Position numbers and translations under genes: made by a program
Notes under the pieces: model-generated
Told to the model about the DNA's origin: nothing
Seen by the model: the letters and a program-made list of their open reading frames with translations, nothing else
The model's database searches: none
Source of the DNA: Scenedesmus sp. PABB004
Lineage: Eukaryota
Length of the DNA: 64,000 nt
NCBI GenBank assembly: GCA_014905635.1
Contig: JABVCE010000002.1
Location: 1,054,001-1,118,000, forward strand
Reading direction: 5' to 3'
Part shown: piece by piece, positions 47,678-57,444 of the stretch
Position numbering within the stretch: position 1 is the stretch's first letter
Layout of the letters: the number at the start of each line of letters is the position of its first letter

Positions 47678-50600
47678 ATGGCGCTGAGCCCGGCTCTCCG
47701 GCGCTGCAGCGCTGCGGCCGCGCCCACGCAGCGGCGCGGTGGCGCGCGCGCCGCCCGCACCGGCCGCGCTCGCGGCCGGGCGCCGCTGCCGCCGCTGCGC
47801 ATGGCCAGCCCGCGGTCCGCACCGGCGCCGGCGGCCATCGAGGGGCCCAGCACCGACATCGCCGTGATCGGAGCGCGCCTGCAGCGGGTGCGGCGCGGCG
47901 CGCGGCGGCGCGGCACGCCGCCGGCGGAGGCGGCGGCGCAACCGTCGCCAACCGCTGCCGCGCGGCGCACACCGCGCGGCGCACACCGCGCGCCGCGGCA
48001 GCTGGTGCTGCCCTACTGGCAGGAGGTCCCGTCGGCGCGCTGGCGCCTGGCGGGCGTGGTGGGGCTCACGCTCGCGACGACGGGCGTGAGGTGCGGCGGG
48101 CGCGCGCGAGTGCGGCGTGTGCGTGCGCGTGGCGTCGCGCGTGGCGTGTGGTCGTGTGTGCTGCCGCCGCGCCCGCCCGCGCGAGGCCGCCCCGCGCAGC
48201 CCCTCCCGCGGCCAGCCCCGCGCCGCGGCGGCCGCGTCGCCGCCGCCGCCGCCGCGCGCCGCAGCGTCGCGTTCAGCTACCTGGGGCGGGACTTTTTCAA
48301 CGCGCTCAGCGAGCGCGACGCGCCGGGGTTTCAGGCGGCGCTGCTGAAGTACCTGGGCGGCTTTGTGGTTGGCATCCCCGTCTTTGTCTTTGCAGACTAC
48401 CTGCAGGTCGGGCGCGGCGCCCACCGCCCACGCGCGCGCCCGGCAGCCACGCGCCGCAGTGACGCGGCGGCAGCGACGCGGCGGCAGAGCGACGCCAGCG
48501 CCAGCGACGCCGCGGCAGAGCGACACGGTGCCCGCCGGGCAGCGGCCGACCGCCCGCGCCAGTGCGCGTGTGTGACGTTGCGGTGGCGCGCCGTCGCGCG
48601 GGGTCGTGCGTGTGCGCGCGTGTGCGTGCCTCTCTCTCTCTCCCCCTCTTCGCGCGCGCCGCCCACGCTCCCTCTCCCTCTCTCTCGCGCGCGCGGCGCG
48701 CCGCCCCACGCGGCGCGCGCGGTCTGGTCGCGCGCAGCGTCGCGTTCAACTACCTGGGGCGTGACTTTTTCAACTACCTCGCCGAGAAGGACGTGGCCGC
48801 GTTCAAGCTGCAGCTGCTCAAGTACCTCGCAGCCTTTGGCGTCGGCATCCCCGTGTATGTCATCAAGGCCTACGCCCAGGCGCGCGGCGGCGGCGCGCGT
48901 GCGCGGACGCTTGCGCGCGTGCGCGGGCGCTTGCGCGCGTGCGCGCGTGCGCGCGTGCGAGAGCGTGCGAGCTTGCGTGTGCGTGTGCGTGTGCGTGTGT
49001 ACGTGTGTGTGCGCGCGCGGGCAGCGCCGCCAGCCCCGCGCGCCAGCCGGGCAGCCACCGGGCAGCCGCCGACGCCAGCGGACGCCAGCGCCGGGCCGCC
49101 CACCGCGCCGCGCGGACGGCGCCGCCGCCGAGCCGGCGCCCGCGCCGCGCGCCGCGCCGGCGGCCCGCGCAGTCGCGGCTCGCGCTTGAGTGGCGCGAGT
49201 GGATGACGGGGCACCTGCTGGAGCAGTACTTTGCCGACCGCTCCTTCTACCAGCTGCAGGCCGGCGCGCTCGTGGACAACCCCGACCAGCGCATCGCCGC
49301 CGACGTCCGGTGCGCGCGCGCCGCCCGCCGGCGCGCCGGCGCGCCGCCGCGCCGGCGCTGCCGCCGACGCGCCGGCGCGCCGCGCAGGCAGTTCACGGAC
49401 GCGGCGCTGGGCCTGTCGCTGACGGTGCTGAACAGCCTCATCGACCTGGTGAGTTTCAGCGGCATCCTCTACTCCATCTACCCGCCCCTCTTTGGCGCGC
49501 TGCTCGCATACTCCATCGGCGGCACGCTCGGCTCGATCGCGCTCGGACGGGTGCGCCGCGCGTCGCCGCCGCGCCGCGCCCGCCGCGTGCCAGCCCCCGC
49601 CCGCTGACCGTCGGCGCCGCGGGGCACGCCGCGCCGCGCCGCCAGTCGCTGGTCGGACTCAACTTCAACCAGGAGGCGGTAGAGGCGGACATGCGGTACG
49701 GGCTCGTGCGCGTGCGCGAGAACGCCGAGTCGATCGCGTTCTACGGCGGCCAGGCGAACGAGATGGCCGCGCTCATGCAGGTGCGGCGCGCGGGCCGCGC
49801 CGCGCCGCCGCCGCGCCGCGCGCTCGGCCCACCTCGCCGCGCTGCGCCGCGCGCGCGCGCAGCGGCTGCGCGCGGTGGTGGCCAACTACGGCGCGCTGCT
49901 GGTCGCGAGCCGCAACCTCGACTTCTTCACCTCCTTTTATCGCTTCCTCATCCAGCTCCTGCCCGCTGCGGTCGTCGCGCCGCTCTTCTTCGCGGGTGCG
50001 GCGCAGCTGCCGCCGGCGCGCTGCGCTCCGCGCCGCGCGCGCGCGCGCGCGCTGCCTCTCACTCCTGCCTCTTCCACGCGCGCGCGCAGGCAAGATTGAG
50101 TTTGGCGTCATCAACCAGAGCTCCTCCGCGTTCAACCACATCCTCAACGACGTCAGCCTCGTCGTGTATCAGGTGACGACGCAGCAGCGCACACAGCACG
50201 CGCAGCACGCGCAGCACGCACAGCACGGCCCGCCGCGCCGCGCCGCCCGAGCCCGCCGCCGCCGCGGCGCGCAGTTTGAGACGCTGGCGGGGTTCAGCGC
50301 GGTCGTGGACCGCCTGGGCGAGTTCCAGGAGGTGGTGGACGTGAAGCTGCGGCACACGCACCCGCGCGTGCGCCGCGCGCGCGCGCCGCCGCGGCCAGCC
50401 TCGCGGCCGCGAGCGCGGCGGCGAGCGTCGACGCGGGCGACCTGCAGCAGCAGGCGCCGCCCGCGCCCGCGCCCGCGGCGGCGGCGGCGGCGCTGGAGCA
50501 GGCAGCCGGCGCGGCGAGCGGCGACGGCGCCGGCGGGGGCGCCGAGCCGGCGGGCCCCAGCATCCAGGTGGTGCACGTGGTGCCCTGGCGGGACGGCGGC

Positions 50601-51560
50601 GCGCCCGCCGACGGGGAGCTGCTGCTGGAGCTGGACGGCGTGAGCATCAACACGCCGGACGGCGGGCTCGCGCTGGTGCAGGACCTGAGCCTGCGCGTGG
50701 CGGCGGGGCGCAGCCTGCTGATCATGGGCCCCAGCGGCGCGGGCAAGACGAGCATGCTGCGCACGCTGGCGGGCCTCTGGGCGAGCGGGCGGGGCACGAT
50801 CTACTCGCACGGCCTCGCCGGCCTCGGCGACCCCGGCGCCGCGGGGCAGGGCGCGGGCGGCGGCGTGCTGTTCCTGCCGCAGCGGCCCTACATGGTGCTC
50901 GGCAGCCTGCGCGACCAGCTGCTCTATCCGACCTGGAGCCAGAGCCAGAGCCACGACGGCGGCGAGGCCGGCGACGGCAGCAACGGCAGCGGCGCGCGCG
51001 CGCCGCCGCGGCCGCGGCCGAGCGACGAGCAGCTCGAGGCGGTGCTGCGGCAGGTGCAGCTGGGCTCGCTGCTGCAGCGCTGCGCCGCCGCAGCGGCGGC
51101 GGCGGCGGCGGTCGCGACGCCGGCCGAGGGCGCCGAGGGCGGCCCGCCCCCGGTGATGAGCGCCACGTCGGCGCCGCACGCGGTGCTGTCACCGCCGCCC
51201 GCGGGCGCTGCCGGCGGCGGCGCGTCGTCGGCGCTGGACCACGTCGCCGACTGGAGCGGCATGCTCTCCCTCGGCGAGCAGCAGCGCCTCGCGTTTGCGC
51301 GCCTGCTGCTCGCGGCGCCGCGGCTGGCGCTGCTGGACGAGGCGACGAGCGCGCTCGACACCGCGAACGAGGCCCTGCTCTACGGCGCGCTGCTCGCGAG
51401 CGGCACGACGGTCATCTCGGTGGGCCACCGCCCCAGCCTGGTGGCCTTCCACGAGCAGGTGCTGCAGCTCGGCGGCGGCGGCGGCGGCGGCGGCGCGACG
51501 AGCTGGCGCGTGCTGCCCGCGGCGGAGGCGGCCGCCGCGCTGGCCACGGCGTCGCCGTGA
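47678..51560 (+). CDS. ABC transporter subfamily D, plastid ABCD2/YddA/BacA-like half transporter, with a duplicated alternative exon
   Basis: Transit-like N-terminus, LVDNPDQRI, EAA motif EADMRYGLVRVRENAESIAFYGG, Walker A GPSGAGKTS, FLPQRPYM, LSLGEQQRLAFAR, LLDEATSALD, ISVGHR. Confidence 0.93.
48265..48406 (+). other. ABCD alternative exon A (142 nt, AG acceptor, GT donor)
   Basis: Encodes (S)VAFSYLGRDFFNALSERDAPGFQAALLKYLGGFVVGIPVFVFADYLQ. Confidence 0.88.
48738..48879 (+). other. ABCD alternative exon B (142 nt, AG acceptor, GC donor)
   Basis: Encodes (S)VAFNYLGRDFFNYLAEKDVAAFKLQLLKYLAAFGVGIPVYVIKAYAQ, a paralog of exon A. Confidence 0.85.
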
Positions 51561-51751
51561 GCGGCGCGCGCGCGCTGGGCCACGTTGAGCGAGCAACAGG
51601 ATGCGGCGCGTCGCCCGACCCCCGCCGCGCGGCCACGGCCGCCCAGGCTCCGTCGCGCGGGGGCTGCACGCTTCGCCACCCCCGCCGCCACGCGCCCCGC
51701 CGCGCGCAGCGCCCGCAGCAGCAGCCGCGCACGCCCCGGCGCGCGCTGCGG

Positions 51752-53523
51752 TCAGCGGCCGAGCACCACGATGCCGACCTTGCCGACGTATGTCTCGCGC
51801 CCGCGCGAGTCGCGCCCCGCGGGCGCCGCCTCGGCCGCAAACGCGAGCAGGCGGGGGTAGCGCGGATTGAACGCCACGCTCTCGCTGTGCCCCGCGAGCG
51901 GCACGCGGCACACGTACTTGCCTGCCCCGCCCGCGGCAGCGGCGCGGGCGCGGGCGAGCGCGCGTCAGGCGCGCGCGCGGGCGCGTGGCGCGAGCCCGCC
52001 GCGGGCGCGGCGCGCACCCGTCTTGGCCGACACGACGTCGAGGCTCGCGCCCTGGCCCAGGCCCGCCTGCGCGCTGTAGGCGAGCATGCTGTGGTCGCAG
52101 CTGAAGCTCAGCGCGCGCACCGCGTCGTCGGCGCCGTACGCCACGCTCAGCGGCGTCGCGCTCGCGAGGTCCCACACGCACACCAGGCCGTCCATGCCCG
52201 CGCTCGCGAGGTACCTGCGCCGCGGCGGCGGCGCCCCTCGGCAGGCGGCAGCGCAGGCCGCGCGGCGCGGCGGCGCAGGCGCGGCACGCACTGGTCCTTG
52301 GAGCTCACGGCCATGGCGGTCACGCCGCCGTCGCGGCCGTGGTGCATCGTGTGCCCCGCGAGCGTGGTGAGGTGCTTGTAGCTCGGCCACGCCAGCACCT
52401 GCGGCCGCCGCGCCGCACGGCGGCGCGCCGGCGTCTCGCCGCGCCGCCCGGGCGACGCGCGGCAGGCGACGGGCGCCCGCGCCGGCCGCGCCCGCGCCCC
52501 GCACCTCGACGCCGTAGCGCGTTGCGGCCAGCAGCTTGCGCCCGCCGTCGATGAACGCCACGCCAGTCACCTGCGCGCGGGAGAGAGAGAGAGAGAGCGG
52601 TGTAAGCCGCACCGCCCCGCGCCGGCTGCCCCGCCCCGCGCCGCGCCGCGCCGCCCCGCCCAGCGCCGCCCCGCCGCGCCGCCGCGCCGCCGCCCGCGCG
52701 TGCGCGCCTCGTCGCCGGGGCGCAGCATGTGGGGCCTGTGCACGCGCTTGCGGCGCGGCTCGAGGTGGGTGAAGGTGTTGTTGAGCTGCGCCACGACGAG
52801 GCTGTCGTGCCCGCCATCCCACGCCGCCGCGATCGCGTCCGGCGTGGCCGCCTCGCACACGATCGCCGACGACGACTTGGCGCGCGTGTCGTACACCCTG
52901 TGCATTGGGCGCGCGCGCGCGTGCGGGGCGGCGGCGGCGGGTCGGCAGCAGCACCGGGCGGCCCGCGGGCGGGGGTTCGCAGCGGGGGCAGGCGCGGCGG
53001 GGGCAGGCGAGGTGCGGGCAGCAAAGACACACTGGCCGTACTTTGTGACGTTGCTGCCGATGACGGCGAGCAGCTCCTCGCGGCGCGGGTGGAACGTGAG
53101 CGCCGTGATTATTTCCTTGGAGGAGTGGTGCAGGTCAATCTCCGGCTTCTCCGGCCGCGCCTGCCGCGGCAGCGCGGAAGCGCGGCAGCGCGCCGCGCTG
53201 GTGGCGGGCCCGGCACGGCAGCGCGCGGCAGCGCGCCGCGGCAGCGCGCCGCGCTGGTGGCGGGCCCAGCGGCCGCGATGATCGCGGCACCGCGCGCACG
53301 GGCGGCGCGGCGGCGGCGCGCGCACCGAGGCGCTGTGCTCGATGTTCCACAGCTTCACGACGCCGTCGTCCGACGCCGACGCGAGGCGCTTGCCGTTGCC
53401 CGCCCACGCAACCGCGGCGACCTGCTTGGTGTGCGACGCGAGGTCGCGCCGGCTGTACTCGCCCGGCGCGCCGCCGCCCCCGCCGCCGCCGCCGCCCGGC
53501 GCGGTCCCTGGCCGGCTGCCCAT
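51752..53523 (-). CDS. THOC3: THO complex subunit 3 (TEX1), WD40
   Basis: YSRRDLASHTKQVAAVAWAGNGKRLASASDD..VKLWNIE, L.WPSYKHLTTLAGHT, YLASAGMDGLVCVWD, VRALSFSCD, VAFNPRY..LLAFA. Confidence 0.75.
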
Positions 53524-54080
53524 CGCAGTGGCCGGCGGTGCCACCGCCGCCGCTGCCGGCGCGCTGCTGCCGTCGCCGCCGGCCGCTCAGCCGCGGGGCG
53601 CGCCGCTGCCGCTGCCGCCGCTGCCGCCGCTGCCGCCGCCGCCGGTGCCCTGCTGCTGCCGCCCGGCCGACGCCGAGGTAGATCCAGCGGTCGAATGAAC
53701 GGCGGGATCGGGCGAGCGGGATCGGGCGAGCGGCGCCGCCGGGCGGCCTTCGAAGGCTGGGCCTCCCGTCGCGGCGACGCCTGTGCTGCCGTCGCGGCGA
53801 CGCCTGTGCTGCAGTGATCGTCACTGGAGGCGCCGATCGTCGCCGTTGACGATCCGCAAGCGGCGCGGTTCAGGCCGGCGCAGCGAACGCGTCCGCCGCG
53901 TTGGCACCTGCGCCGCCGCCGCGCCGCGCCCCACACCCCCCACGGCCCTCCCCCCGCGACCGCCGCACGCAACGGCACGCCCTGAGCGGCAGGCCTGCAC
54001 GCACGCGCACGGGGCAGCAGCCCGCGGCGCCGCCGCTGCTCGCGCCGCTTCTGCTGTCGCTGGCGCCGCTGCCGGGCAAC

Positions 54081-54302
54081 ATGGCCGACCCCGCGCAGAC
54101 GGGGCAGACGCTGGACGAGGACGACGACTTTGTGGAGTTTGAGGCGGACAACTGGAGCGAGCGCGAGGCCAACTACAACCAGCCGGGCCTCTGGGATGCG
54201 GCCTGGGACGACGGCGGCGAGGGCGGCGCCGACGCGGTGGCGGCGCAGATCCGCACCGAGCTGGCCAAGAAGCAGGCCGCCGCGCCCGCCAAGCAGGGCT
54301 GA
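54081..54302 (+). CDS. SEM1: SEM1/DSS1 (proteasome lid, TREX-2 and BRCA2 cofactor), intronless, 73 aa
   Basis: LDEDDDFVEFEADNW...LWDAAWDD....AQIRTEL matches the Sem1/DSS1 pattern. Confidence 0.88.
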   Translation: MADPAQTGQTLDEDDDFVEFEADNWSEREANYNQPGLWDAAWDDGGEGGADAVAAQIRTELAKKQAAAPAKQG

Positions 54303-54413
54303 GCGGAGCTGGCGCGGCGGCGCAGCAGCAGCGCACCGGCGGCGGTGACCAGCAGCCGGCAGGCGGCGCGGCGCTGAGAGAGTGCGCCCCCTCGCACGCC
54401 GGGCGAAGCTGAT

Positions 54414-54441
54414 TTACACCGCGTCTTCTTGGGCCGTGTAA
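54414..54441. terminator. Opposing TGTAA poly(A) signals (- strand 54414-54418; + strand 54437-54441)
   Basis: gatttacacc and gtgtaac lie between the convergent SEM1 and OPR-like genes. Confidence 0.6.
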
Positions 54442-55060
54442 CAGCCCAGGCGCGCGCAGTTTGCCGTCGATGCTGCGTGACAGGTGCCGCCGCCCTCCCG
54501 CGTGCCCGCGCTGCTTCGTGTTGCATTCGACGACCCGCGCCCGGCGGAGCGCGCCGCCGCCGCCTGCATCCCGGCTGCGTCGCAGCAGCAGCAGCAGGCG
54601 GCGGCGGGGAGCGCTCCTGGCGGTGCAGCGGCGCGCCCTGGGCTCAGGGCGCGCCGCTGCCCCGCGCGCAGGCGAGGATGGGATGGAGCGACGGCTGTCC
54701 ACCCGACACCGCGGCGGCCGGCCGCGCCCCGCAAAGGGCGGTGGCGGCCGCGCCTGCCGCACAGCCAGCGCTCGCAGCTGGCAAGCACACAAGTGGTGGT
54801 CGCAGAGGGGCCCGGCGGTGCCAGAGCCTGCGGCGGCGCCCCACGCACAACCCGAACGCTGCTGCCCTGCCGGCGTGCGGCCCGGCGCAATCGCATGCAA
54901 CCAAACACGCCCGCAGCTGACACGCCCCCAAAGCTGAACGCTCCCGCAGGCGCCGCCGCTGCCGCGGCGCGCTGCGGGAGCTGCAACTGACCCGCGCCTG
55001 CGCGTCCAAACCGACCGATCCTGGCGCCTGGCTGCAGGCCCGTCCGAGGCCGCGCGCAGC

Positions 55061-57042
55061 TCACCGCGCGCCGGCCGGCGCCTGCATGTGCGCGCTGAGC
55101 GCGGCGACGAGCTCCCCCGCCCGGCCCTCCGGCTCACTGACGTTGATGCCCACCGCCGCCATCGACTGCAGCGCGCGCCACGCGAGGTGCTGCGGCGACG
55201 CGGCGGCCGAGCCGGGCGCCGCGGCCGCGTGGCGCGCGGCCTCGGCCGCCGGCGCCGCGCCCGCCGCTGGTGCGGGGGCGTGGTGCGTCAGCAGCGCCTC
55301 GGGCCACACATCTTCCGGCGCCACCGGCGGCCCGTGCTGCAGCTGCGACACCAGGCGCGCCGCGAGCTCGATCACGAGCTGCTCCAGCTCGCCCGGCGCC
55401 ACGGGCGCCTCGCCCGCCAGCTCGGCCGCCGCGGCATCCTCGTCCGCGGTCGCCGTGAGCGCCCACGCCACGTCCGCGAGCTGCTGCGGCCCCCAGTGCA
55501 CGACCAGCGCGGCCCACTGCTCGCGCAGCAGGGCGAGCGTCGCGCCGGTGAAGGGCTCCCCCAGGCGCGCGAGGCCCCACACCCCCGCCGCCACCTCGGC
55601 CGCGCCGGGCGGCGGCGGCTGCGCGGCGCCGCCCGCGGGGCCGCGGGCGGCCGCGAGGAAGCTGGCGACGACGTCGGCGAGCAGCTTGGGCTCGGGGTGC
55701 CACTCGAGGGCGGCCCAGCTGTACAGCAGCTTTGCGAGGTCGGCGCCTGTCGGGGACGGCCCGGGCGGGTGCGTGGGACGCGCGCGGCGCGGCGGTGCGG
55801 TGCGCACCCGGGCCCGCCGCGCGCGCGCGCCGCTGCCGCCGCGCCGCACACCGGCCATGTCTCCCATCTGGTGCCAGATCGTGTTGCCCAGCTCGCCGAG
55901 CATCTGGGCCACCAGCTGCTCCTGCGGGCCCTGGGTCTCGGAGCCGCGCGGCGCGGCGCGGCTCAACTCCTGCGCCGCGCGCACGCGCGGCTGCGCGCGC
56001 GCCGCCGACGCCCACGGCCGCGCCGCCGCCGCCGCGTCGCCGGGCGCCGCGGGCGGGCCGCCGGCGCGGCCGCCGGCGCGGCGCGCCGCGCGCGCGGCGA
56101 GCACGAGGTGCTGCAGCACGAGCAGCGTGTTGGCCGTGTGGCTGGGCGCCATGTTGGCCTTGTACTTGAGCATGATGCGCCGCAGCACGCCGAGGCCGCG
56201 GCAGCCGAGCAGCAGCGCGTTCAGCGCGTCCGCGGCGCCCCCGCCGCCCGCGCTCGCGCTCGCCGCCGCGCGGCGACCGTGCGCCGCGTGCAGCTCGCCC
56301 GGCTGCCGGTGGTGCGGGTGGTGATGGTGGTGGTGGTGGTGGTGCTGGTGATGCGCCGCGTGCTGCGCGCCCGCCGCGTGCGCGGCGTGGCTGCCGTGCG
56401 GGGCCTTGTGCCCCGCGTGGACGTGGTGGTGGTGCGCAGCGTGCGCCGGCGCCGCCGCGCCGCCGCCCTCGGCGCCGCCGCTGCCGCTGACGGGCGCGGC
56501 GTGCTGGAAGAGCGCCGCCGCCGCCGCAAAGCCGGCGTGCTCGCGCTGCTCGCGCCGCTCGCGCCGCTCGCTCGGGCGCTGCTGCGGGTCGGCCGCGGCG
56601 TGATCGCGCGCATCGTCCGGCAGCGCCGCGCTGTGCAACAGCGCGCCGAGGTGGGGCCCCGCAGCCGAGGAGGCGGGGCCCCAGGGCGCGTGGTGGTGGT
56701 GCTGGTGCGGCAGGCCCGGGCCGGCGGCCGCCGCGGGCGGCTGCTCCGGCCCGGCGCCGCCGGCGCCGCCGCCGCTGTGCGCGCCCCGCCGCTGCTGCTG
56801 CTGCCGCTGCTGCTGCGGGCGCCACGGCGCCGCTCCGCCGGCGGCCAGCAGCCAGGCTGACGCAGGCAGCGCCTGCGCTCGGGGCCGGACGGGGCGGCGG
56901 ACGTGTGGCCAGGCGTGTGGGCAAGGCGTGGGCTCGGCCGCGCGGGGCGCCCCCGCCGCGGCCAGCCCCGGGCGCGCGTCGGCCGCACCCGCAGGCCCAC
57001 CGCCATCTCCCACGCCACCCGCGCGAGGGCCGTGGAGGTCAT
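55061..57042 (-). CDS. OPR/FAST-like helical-repeat protein with a His-rich low-complexity N-terminal region
   Basis: MTSTALARVAWEMAVGLR|ALPASAW...; repeats MAPSHTANTLLVL, GADLAKLLYSWAALEWHPEP, EVAAGVWGLARLGEP, WGPQQLADVAWALT; poly-His tract. Confidence 0.6.
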
Positions 57043-57444
57043 GTCGCGCGGCCGCGGCTGCGGTGCCGCTCGCGTCGCATGCGACGAGCTCCTGGCGCGA
57101 CGCGGGCTGCCCGGGCGCGGCCGGTCCTGTGGTCGGCACCGCCTGCACCCGCTCTATGTCTCAGGCGGTGGCGCGCGGCAGGCGTCTGCGCGGGTTGGTG
57201 CGGCAGGCGTTGGCGCGCGTCCAGTCCCACGGGGACGCCTACGCTGTCTCTGGCAAGGAAGGGCGCAGTCACCGAGCAACGCCGGCGCGGGAGCCGTGGC
57301 CGCCGCCGACGCCGCCCCCGTGGCCGCGCTTGCGCCGCCGCGGTCCGGGCGCGACGACGCCGCGCCGCGCACGACCTTCGAGCGCGTGCCGTGGCGACGG
57401 CACCGCGGGTGGGGCAGTCGTTTGATCGGCGGACCAGCGGCGCC

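Noticed and set aside
50360..50453. Apparent frameshift between the TMD and NBD of the ABCD gene
   Set aside because: It can be explained by an ordinary intron of about 80 nt (GTGCGC at 50368 to CAG at 50447) or a GC-dinucleotide slip in the assembly. It is not evidence of recoding or pseudogenisation.
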